From Patescibacteria group bacterium (GTDB taxonomy: Bacteria; Patescibacteriota; Minisyncoccia; UBA6257; JAAZHW01): a stretch of DNA of 64,000 bases. Below, one piece after another: positions 39,588 to 47,255 of this stretch. The notes under the pieces are model-generated. The model worked only from the letters and a program-made list of their open reading frames with translations. It searched no databases and was not told where the DNA came from. The position numbers were made by a program, and so were the translations under genes. Within the stretch, counting starts at the first letter, position 1. Every line of letters begins with the position of its first letter. The DNA is taken from positions 6,282-70,281 of the forward strand of contig JAOAGL010000001.1 of the NCBI GenBank assembly GCA_026415775.1. Reading direction: 5' to 3'.

Positions 39588-39637
39588 TGTTTTATTTTTT
39601 ATTATTTTTTATTATTTTTAATTTTTTAATTCTCCAG

Positions 39638-40933
39638 TTATTCTTCTACCTCCTCCTCGCCCTCATATGCCTCTTCTTCCTCATTATGACCATCATAATG
39701 TTGAGATACATAAAATATCTCCGAGTGCCCCCATAAAAAACTTATCCATTTCCACCACTTTCCTTCTATTAAAACCTTCGTCGATATTGTTCCATCCTCT
39801 TGAGAATGAAATCGAGCTACACCTCTTATTCTTTTATTATCAATTTTTTTTAAAAGATTCTCCCCTCTAAAAAGCCATCTTTCCTCGTCTAACATCACCA
39901 CCCCAGCTAATTTTCCGTTTTTTTGTAAATGAACATGTTTTAATTCTAAATCTGATGAATTAGACTTAATCTTAATTTCCCACAATATATTATTATTTTC
40001 AAATCCAATTACTTTATCATCAGAATTAAATATCCCCACTATACCATTTGTTTTTCGAGAATAACCAACATAAAGAATCTCTTTTATTGGTTCTCCGGCT
40101 ATCTCTTTTAAGATGGTATCTCCGGAAAAAAGAGAACACTTATTATCGTCGCCTTCTAATACAGCCAGCCCGCATAATGTTCCATCTAACCGAGGGAAAA
40201 CCTCGAGAACCTCTAATATCTTTTTATTTCCTATCTTTTCTAAAACGACATCTCCTTGAAAAAGAACTTTTTCTCTTTTATCTAAATCAGCAATACCCAC
40301 TAGAGTACCGTCTGGTTGAGAATACAATTGATAAATATAACGTATTTTCTCTCCTGCAATTCTTGGAATAAGGCTATCTCCGCTAAACAAAAACGATTCT
40401 CCCTTTTTTGTGTACATGAAACCAGCTAACATATTATTTTCTAAAGGTTCTAAAGGAATGGCAAGCTCCACCTCTTTTATCCTTTTCCCACCAATTTTTT
40501 CTATAAGAACATTGTCTTTAAAAAGAAATTCATTATCTTCATAGCCACTTATCTCAACTACACCAACTAGCTTACCATTTTTTAGAGAAAAAACTTGATG
40601 GGCATCCACAACTTTTTCGCCTTCTATTTCCTCAAAAAGAATATTTTCTTTAAAAGGAATCTCGCTTGCGCCACTGTCACTTAATTTAACCGTCCCTGCT
40701 AATTTACCATTTTCCTGAGAATGAAAATCACAAACTTCCCTTACCTTTTTTCCTCCAATTCTTCCAAACAGAGTATCATTCCTAAAAGGAATTTTTCTGC
40801 CATTTTCTAATTTAACAACGCCAGCCACAGCATCATTTTTCTGTCTATGCACATCATATACGTCTACTATTATAAAGCCTAATTTCTGAAAAAAATTCTT
40901 AAGAAAACTAAAAATATCTTTTGTTTTTTTCAT
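39638..40933 (-). CDS. Hypothetical protein made of about nine 42-45 aa beta-rich repeats with an acidic tail
   Basis: Recurring V/FHSQxx(D/N)GKLAG.V.L...F....L..I.G..I units; SD AAGGAGG. Confidence 0.7.
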   Translation of the reverse strand: MKKTKDIFSFLKNFFQKLGFIIVDVYDVHRQKNDAVAGVVKLENGRKIPFRNDTLFGRIGGKKVREVCDFHSQENGKLAGTVKLSDSGASEIPFKENILFEEIEGEKVVDAHQVFSLKNGKLVGVVEISGYEDNEFLFKDNVLIEKIGGKRIKEVELAIPLEPLENNMLAGFMYTKKGESFLFSGDSLIPRIAGEKIRYIYQLYSQPDGTLVGIADLDKREKVLFQGDVVLEKIGNKKILEVLEVFPRLDGTLCGLAVLEGDDNKCSLFSGDTILKEIAGEPIKEILYVGYSRKTNGIVGIFNSDDKVIGFENNNILWEIKIKSNSSDLELKHVHLQKNGKLAGVVMLDEERWLFRGENLLKKIDNKRIRGVARFHSQEDGTISTKVLIEGKWWKWISFLWGHSEIFYVSQHYDGHNEEEEAYEGEEEVEE

Positions 40934-41165
40934 CTTTAACCTCCTTATATGCTCTTCCTACTTGATCCCCCCTTTCGGTGGGGCATCGGAAGAAATTTTA
41001 AATTTGCTAATTATACAATAAAAAATTATTTAAATTTGTCAATTTTTTGATTTTATAAAAAATTTTCTAAAGACAATAAAAAGCTAACCCATTGAAGACT
41101 TGGCGTTTTGATTAATTGAATAAAAAGTGTTCTGGATAATTCTGACAAGGACGTCTCAAAACAAA

Positions 41166-44100
41166 CTAAATCTCCACCTCCAAATAATCAAAGGGTTCGC
41201 CGAAATTATGCCAATTTTCAATGCGTCTTAATTTTTTAGCACCTTTTTTCTGTAAAAATTCTGAAAGTCCATTTTCTACTCTTGCATGCATAGTAATCTT
41301 CTTATATCCCCGGCGTTTTGCTTCTTCTTGTAAAGATTTCAATATTCTTAAAAATATTTTAATATTTCTTTCTTCTGGTTTGGTAGCTATTGATTCTATA
41401 TATAAAGCATCCTCTTCTGGCTTTAATTCTAAATCATAATCTTTTAATTCTTTAAAGGCGTCTTTTAATGGTTTAGAAGATAAATACGAAACTACTTCGC
41501 CTTTTTCATTTTTAGCAATAATCTGAATGCCGTTGCGATTTTCTAAAGTTTCCTTTAAATCTGCTAAATCTGACTGCATTTCTTCAGGGAAACTGGCTTG
41601 CTCGACAAGCAAAATTTTTTCAAGTAACTCTTTATTTATTTTTTTTACCACTTCAACTTTATACTCTCCTCCTTCTTGTTTTTTTCCTTCAACCTCTCGA
41701 GTAATATTAAATGCTTTCCCACTAAGAAGCGCTTCTAGATAATATCCATCGTCATATAAATATCCACCCAGTTTAGAGTTTACTAAAAGATTCTCGATTT
41801 CTTGTAGATCTTGCGTTTCAATATCGTTGTAAGCATCCATTCCTAACCCCACCTTAGAAATATTACAAGCTTGAGCATATCTATTAAGAAATTCAAACAT
41901 AGCTTCGCGAATAGCATTATTAATATTATCGCCTTGAGGGTATTTTCTGTTTACTTCAAAATTATCAGCGATTAAAACAGGTTTACCGTTATTATCTAAA
42001 GTGACAAAAAGCCAAGTTTGAGCAATAACATCACCAGTATCAGGGTCAATGATTTCAGCAACATTAATGCCTTTATCAATAAGATATTGGAAAATTGTTT
42101 CGGGATAAAGAGTGGGAGGGCCGCCACCGGGTGGTGATTCTTTAACGCCAACAGCAATACAACAATCAGTATCATTGCCTTGAAACATATCTTTTCTGGG
42201 ATCTCTATCCCATAATTTAACAATAAATTGTTTTTTAACAGTTTTTTCTTTGTGTTCGGAAGAGAAAGCTTTGATTGCTTCAATAAGATGGGCAAAAGCT
42301 TCTTGGGCTTCAATTGGCAATTGAAAATCAGGATATTTGGTTTTTAGGTAGTTTAAGCTTTTGGTATAAGTGGGGAGGAGTTGTTCAAGCCAGTTGGAAT
42401 CATGAATATTGATTTTTGAAGGGTCAAATTCTTTTTTCTTTTGATTGAGTTGGGTAAGGTCTTTTTCTAAAGATGTTTTTAAACGAGGTTCAGATTCGCT
42501 GACGATTGTTATCCAATTTTTTAATCGTTCTTCAAATTGTTTAAATAAGGCTTCGGTATCTTGTTTTTTCTGAGTATCAACGGTTATTAAAACTTGTTCT
42601 TTGAAATTAAGCCAATTATCCCAATTGATGTTTTTTTCTTTAAAAGCTTTTTCTACTTGTTGGTTATGATAGGCGATATCACAGCCAATTTCATCTTTTT
42701 GATTAGGATTAGAGATAAAATCATTGAATCTATTTTCAAAGACTGATTTAAGAAGATGGTTAAAAATTTCAAGGTATTCTTCTTTGTTTTGTTGCCTTAA
42801 CATTTCTTGATTAGTAATGAGATTGGCAAAATATTTAATTTTCCACTGAGAAAGTTCTTGATTAGAAACTTCAACATCAAGATTTAATGATTGAGCCACC
42901 ATTTTTAAAAGATTTTTGTTTAATTCTGATTTTAGTTCATTAAAGTTTTTGGCTTTTGAATTGGTAATAATTTGTTGAAAGGTTTTTTGAGCATTGATAA
43001 TTTGATAAGATGAGGCGATTTCTAATAAATCAGCAAAGTTATATCCATCAAGTTGTTTGTTGGTTTGGATATATTTTTGAATAGCATTTTTTATTTCTTC
43101 ATCTTGAATAGTTGGTTCTACAAAATTTAGAAAACTATCAGCATAAGATAATCCTCGATAAATGATGTTTTTTAACAGTTGGGTGGAGAGATTAAGGTCT
43201 AATAACTGAAGATTGGCGATATTTGAATTGTGATAAACAAAAAAGTCTTCGGGATTTTCCCATCTTTTTCTTTCATCAATTGTCTCGTTAATTTTTTTAG
43301 CAAATTGTTTGATAGTTTGATATTCAGGTAAATATTTAATTGCAAATTCTCCTAAATCTTTTTGATTTTTTAATAAATTAATTAATATTGGATAAGCATA
43401 ATAAATGTCAATTTCTGAAAGTTTGTATTTTGTATTAAGAATTTCTGCAATTTTTTGTTCTTGTTTATTATTAATTTTAGCTAGTTCACCTAATTGTGAG
43501 GCTGCGGCTTCTCTGACATCTGGCTCATTATCTTTAAAACATTGTTCATATAAAGGAAAGGTTTTTTCTGGTAATACTTTAGCTAGTTCAACTAATTGTG
43601 AGGCTGCGGCGTATCTGACATATTTATTATTACTTTTAAGGCATTGTTCATATAAAGGAAAAGTTTTTTCTGGTAATGCTTTAGTTAGTTCAACTAATTG
43701 TGAGGCTGCGGCTTTTCTGATATATCTATCATTATCTTTAAGGCATTGTTCATATAAAGGAAGGGTTTTTTCTGGTAATGCTTTAGCTAGTTCACCTAAT
43801 TGTGAGGCTGCGGCGTATCTGACAGAGTAATAATCATCTTTAAGGCATTGTTCATATAAAGGAAGGGCTTTTTCTGGTAATGCTTTAGCTAGTTCACCTA
43901 ATTGTGAGGCTGCGACTTCTCTGACCCATGAATGATTATCTTTAAGATATTGTTCATATAAAGGAAGGGTTTTTTCTGGTAATGCTTTAGCTAGTTCACC
44001 TAATTGTGAGGCTGCGGCGTGTCTGACCTCTGGTTCATAATCTGTAAGGCATTGTTCATAAAAAGGAAAGGCTTTTTCTGGTAATGCTTTAGCTAGTTCA

Positions 44101-44489
44101 CCTAATTGTGAGGCTGTGGCGCGTCTGACATCTGGGTCATAATCTTTAAGACATTGTTCATATAAAAGAATGGTAGTTAAGGAATAGATTAGTTCTAATT
44201 TTTCTTTTTCTGCTAATTTTTTAAGGCTTTCTAATTGTTGAATATCTTCTGCTGTAATTTCCTTGTTTAATTCTTCTTTAACTTTTTTTCTAATGGTTTC
44301 TATTAAATATTTAGCCTGAGCTTCTTCAGATTGTCTTAAACGTAAAATTTTGCCAGCTGGGACATTTAATTTGCCTTTTTGTTCTATTGGATGTGCTAAT
44401 TGTATATCAGGCGGTAAAATTTCGCGAATTTCTTCTCGTTTTTGTTTTCTTTTATTCTGATTATTCTGATTTTCTAATGAATTTTTCAT
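41166..44489 (-). CDS. HEAT-repeat protein with central Cys-containing domain and C-terminal GNAT-like domain
   Basis: Seven 34-aa HEAT-like repeats; WDRDPRKDMFQGNDTDCCIA; C-terminal EQASFP...LYIESIATKPE...GYKKITMHAR. Confidence 0.75.
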   Translation of the reverse strand: MKNSLENQNNQNKRKQKREEIREILPPDIQLAHPIEQKGKLNVPAGKILRLRQSEEAQAKYLIETIRKKVKEELNKEITAEDIQQLESLKKLAEKEKLELIYSLTTILLYEQCLKDYDPDVRRATASQLGELAKALPEKAFPFYEQCLTDYEPEVRHAAASQLGELAKALPEKTLPLYEQYLKDNHSWVREVAASQLGELAKALPEKALPLYEQCLKDDYYSVRYAAASQLGELAKALPEKTLPLYEQCLKDNDRYIRKAAASQLVELTKALPEKTFPLYEQCLKSNNKYVRYAAASQLVELAKVLPEKTFPLYEQCFKDNEPDVREAAASQLGELAKINNKQEQKIAEILNTKYKLSEIDIYYAYPILINLLKNQKDLGEFAIKYLPEYQTIKQFAKKINETIDERKRWENPEDFFVYHNSNIANLQLLDLNLSTQLLKNIIYRGLSYADSFLNFVEPTIQDEEIKNAIQKYIQTNKQLDGYNFADLLEIASSYQIINAQKTFQQIITNSKAKNFNELKSELNKNLLKMVAQSLNLDVEVSNQELSQWKIKYFANLITNQEMLRQQNKEEYLEIFNHLLKSVFENRFNDFISNPNQKDEIGCDIAYHNQQVEKAFKEKNINWDNWLNFKEQVLITVDTQKKQDTEALFKQFEERLKNWITIVSESEPRLKTSLEKDLTQLNQKKKEFDPSKINIHDSNWLEQLLPTYTKSLNYLKTKYPDFQLPIEAQEAFAHLIEAIKAFSSEHKEKTVKKQFIVKLWDRDPRKDMFQGNDTDCCIAVGVKESPPGGGPPTLYPETIFQYLIDKGINVAEIIDPDTGDVIAQTWLFVTLDNNGKPVLIADNFEVNRKYPQGDNINNAIREAMFEFLNRYAQACNISKVGLGMDAYNDIETQDLQEIENLLVNSKLGGYLYDDGYYLEALLSGKAFNITREVEGKKQEGGEYKVEVVKKINKELLEKILLVEQASFPEEMQSDLADLKETLENRNGIQIIAKNEKGEVVSYLSSKPLKDAFKELKDYDLELKPEEDALYIESIATKPEERNIKIFLRILKSLQEEAKRRGYKKITMHARVENGLSEFLQKKGAKKLRRIENWHNFGEPFDYLEVEI
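43477..44163 (-). repeat. Intragenic tandem repeat, about 7 x 102 bp
   Basis: CTAGTTCA recurs at 43481 and 43583 and onward at 102-bp period; near-identical framework. Confidence 0.95.
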
Positions 44490-44519
44490 CTTTATTTAGG
44501 TGTTTTTTAATAAAATTTG

Positions 44520-44592
44520 TGGACCTGAGGGGACTCGAACCCCTGACCTCCTCGATGCCATCGAGGCGCTCTACCAACTAAGCTACAGGCCC
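44520..44592 (-). tRNA. tRNA-Ala(GGC)
   Basis: GGGCCTG/CAGGTCC acceptor with G3:U70, CCTCG-ATGGCAT-CGAGG anticodon arm, AGGGG-TTCGAGT-CCCCT T arm. Confidence 0.96.
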
Positions 44593-44654
44593 TTAAGTTT
44601 TAATTTTAGAAGAACGGTAATGAATTTTTTCGAAATAATTTATTTTTTGTTAGA

Positions 44655-44745
44655 ATGCCATCGAAGCGCCCCTGCCTGCCGGCAGGCAGGTCTGCCTAAC
44701 GGCAGATAAATACCAACTAAGCTACAGGTCCTTAAGTTTTTAATT
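44655..44745 (-). repeat. Degenerate copy of the tRNA-Ala(GGC) 5' half plus upstream flank, interrupted by palindromes
   Basis: ATGCCATCGAAGCGC...TACCAACTAAGCTACAGGTCCTTAAGTTTT matches 44555-44601. Confidence 0.85.
44671..44706. repeat. REP-like palindromic element
   Basis: Perfect 20-bp palindrome CCTGCCTGCCGGCAGGCAGG followed by hairpin TCTGCC-TAAC-GGCAGA. Confidence 0.8.
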
Positions 44746-44783
44746 ATTTTTAATTTTATCTGTTTCTTAAAATTTTTCAACTT

Positions 44784-46100
44784 TTAAATGGAGCTGGAAA
44801 TGTAGCGCTTTGGCAATAATTTTTCATCCATAGGTAAAGTGAAATAAAAAGTGGATCCTCGATTTTCAATTGATTCAGCCCAAATTTTTCCACCATGTGC
44901 TTCAATAATGTTTTTAGTAATATAAAGCCCCAAACCAGTGCCTTCGGTTTCGTATTTTAAAACATTGGTAGCGCGGAAAAATTTAGTAAATAATTTTGGA
45001 ATTTCTTCTTTAGGAATACCAATGCCAGTATCTGTTATTGAAACTTCCACATACGGCGGTTTTTTCTCAATTTTTATAATAATTTGTCCATTTTCAACAT
45101 TATAGCGTAAAGCATTCTCAATAAGATTTTGAATAACAATTTTTATTCTCATTGGGTCAAACTTAAACGGCTGAAGACCATCTGGAGGCGGCTGGAAATA
45201 TATTTTGATACCATGTCGCTCAGCCAAAGAAATATATCCTTCAACAACTTTTTGAATTAAAGCACATAAATCTCCCTGAACAAATTCATAACCAAATTTA
45301 CCTGCTTCAATATTGGCAGTATCAAGCAAATCATTGGCTAATTTCAAAACTTTATCGGTTGCTTCTAAAGTGCGTTTTAATAAATCTCTTTGGGTCTCAT
45401 TTAAATTTTTATTATCTTCACCCAACAATGTTTCTAAACTCCAGCGAATTCCTGATAATGGCGTCCGCATTTGATGAGCGGCAACAGTCAAAAACTCTGA
45501 TTTAGTTTTTAAAATTTCTTCTTCTCTGGTTCTATCTTTAATTACTTTAAAAAATCCCAAAATCTTTCCTTTTTGGTCTAATACTCTAATTGTTGTCACT
45601 ACTAATTCAATAAACGGCTCAGTAATAGAAATTTCCATTATATTAGGAAAAATAGCTGGGTCGCTTTTCCATGTCATTGCTGGCGCTAAACTCGGAAAAA
45701 GCACTTGGGCTAGTAATTTTGTTTTTGGATTTTTCGCCCACTCTGGCGTCACAATCTCGCCAATCACATCAAAAGCTTTTAATCCAAACAGGTCTTCGGC
45801 GGCGCTATTAAAAACAGTGATTCTAAAATCACTATCATAAGCGATAATCGCTTCAGTAAAATTAGCAAGAATTGTTTTAACTTGATTTCTCTCAGCTAAA
45901 AGTTCGTAATGTTTAATTGTATTGCGCAAAGACAAAAAGAAACTGATTAATAAAAAAATAATAGTGACAACCAAAGCAATCGTCTCCCACAATCCTTCGC
46001 CAAAATGCAAAATAATGCCCAATAAAAAAAGCATTATAATGAGCATTATCCAAAACAAAATCATCTCAGGCAATGACAAATAAGCCAAAATTTTCTTCAT
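44784..46100 (-). CDS. Membrane sensor histidine kinase (PAS-HisKA-HATPase)
   Basis: 2 TMs, FNSAAEDLFG (PAS), AHQMRTPL, NLIENA, DTGIGI, GTGLGL motifs. Confidence 0.93.
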   Translation of the reverse strand: MKKILAYLSLPEMILFWIMLIIMLFLLGIILHFGEGLWETIALVVTIIFLLISFFLSLRNTIKHYELLAERNQVKTILANFTEAIIAYDSDFRITVFNSAAEDLFGLKAFDVIGEIVTPEWAKNPKTKLLAQVLFPSLAPAMTWKSDPAIFPNIMEISITEPFIELVVTTIRVLDQKGKILGFFKVIKDRTREEEILKTKSEFLTVAAHQMRTPLSGIRWSLETLLGEDNKNLNETQRDLLKRTLEATDKVLKLANDLLDTANIEAGKFGYEFVQGDLCALIQKVVEGYISLAERHGIKIYFQPPPDGLQPFKFDPMRIKIVIQNLIENALRYNVENGQIIIKIEKKPPYVEVSITDTGIGIPKEEIPKLFTKFFRATNVLKYETEGTGLGLYITKNIIEAHGGKIWAESIENRGSTFYFTLPMDEKLLPKRYISSSI

Positions 46101-46170
46101 ATCTTAATTATAATTGAAAGCTTAAAAAATAAAAACCCTCGCCAATCAGCGAGGGTTTATTAAAAAGTCA

Positions 46171-46410
46171 TCATTTGCTCTTTTCTTTAAGAATCCGCTC
46201 AATTTCAGCTCGGTTAAAACCAATAATAATTTCTCCGTCAATATCAATTACTGGCACGCCCATTTGCCCGCTTTTTTCAATCATTTCCTGCGCAGCTTCT
46301 TCATTTTGAGAAACATCAATATCTTCAAAATCAACATTCATTTCTTTTAAAAATTCTTTTGCTAAATGACAATAAGGACAAGTGGGTGTTGAATAAACTT
46401 TTATTTTCAT
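46171..46410 (-). CDS. Glutaredoxin-like protein (YruB/NrdH type)
   Basis: YSTPTCPYC, SGQMGVPVI, IIGFN. Confidence 0.9.
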   Translation of the reverse strand: MKIKVYSTPTCPYCHLAKEFLKEMNVDFEDIDVSQNEEAAQEMIEKSGQMGVPVIDIDGEIIIGFNRAEIERILKEKSK

Positions 46411-46414
46411 ATTT

Positions 46415-47191
46415 TTATTTAGCATAAACATCTAACACCGACTTTACAACACTATATGGTTGCGCGCCAATTAGTAAAACCGCATTGCCTAAATCAACTT
46501 GGGGATTTGAACCTTGGAAAGCCGCATTAATTTTTTGAATATCAACATCCAAAGGCAAATTCTTTGTTGGAGTAATAATCATGGAAGGTGTTCCCAAAAT
46601 TCCCAGCTTTGAAGCCAAATTTAAAGATTCTTGAACTCTAGCCGCATATTTATTTGAATTTAAACAATCAGAAAGGAGTTGTGTGTCCAAACCTAATTCT
46701 TTCCCGTATTTTACCAATGATTCAATTTTTAAATCCTCAGCGTTTTCAGCCGTGGCAAAAATTTTATCATGCATTTCCCAGAATTTATTTTGGTCTTTAG
46801 CACACCAAGCTGCTTCAGAAGCTTTTTGCGCAAACTCATGAAATGGCAGTGGCACATCAATAAAAACAATTTTTGCTAACCCCGTATCCACATAATCTTT
46901 TACTAAACTAATATGGGTTAACAAATAAAATCTTCGGCAATAAGGGCATTGATAATCGGCAAATTCAAAAATTGTTATTGGCGCGTTATCTTTGCCTAAA
47001 ACAACATTATCCGAAGCAATAGCCAATTTTAGAGTATTGCCCGCTGATTGTTGTTCTTGTTCTACTTCTGCTTTTTGGGTAACATTAACACCTTTACTAT
47101 AAATAAAAGCACCACCAATAATTAAAGCCGCTAAAACAATTGAGATCGGCAATAAATAATCTTTTTTCTTGGTTTGTTGATTATTTTCCAT
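46415..47191 (-). CDS. DsbA family thiol-disulfide oxidoreductase
   Basis: N-terminal TM, EFADYQCPYC, GILGTPS, GAQPY. Confidence 0.9.
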   Translation of the reverse strand: MENNQQTKKKDYLLPISIVLAALIIGGAFIYSKGVNVTQKAEVEQEQQSAGNTLKLAIASDNVVLGKDNAPITIFEFADYQCPYCRRFYLLTHISLVKDYVDTGLAKIVFIDVPLPFHEFAQKASEAAWCAKDQNKFWEMHDKIFATAENAEDLKIESLVKYGKELGLDTQLLSDCLNSNKYAARVQESLNLASKLGILGTPSMIITPTKNLPLDVDIQKINAAFQGSNPQVDLGNAVLLIGAQPYSVVKSVLDVYAK

Positions 47192-47255
47192 AACTTTTTT
47201 CTTAATAGACCTTTTGTTATTTTAAAGCTTAAACAAATTAAACTTTAAATCAAGA

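Noticed and set aside
41080-41165. Intergenic stretch with GTTTTGA...TCAAAAC ends, vaguely like an IS end or CRISPR repeat
   Set aside because: Single copy, weak pairing, no transposase or cas gene nearby.
43477-44163. Regular repeats with variable segments resembling a CRISPR array
   Set aside because: Period is 102 bp, in frame within a long ORF encoding HEAT repeats; no cas genes in the window.
44500-44709. Plus-strand 69-aa ORF ending in PACRQAG
   Set aside because: Antisense to tRNA-Ala and the palindromic insert; not a credible protein.
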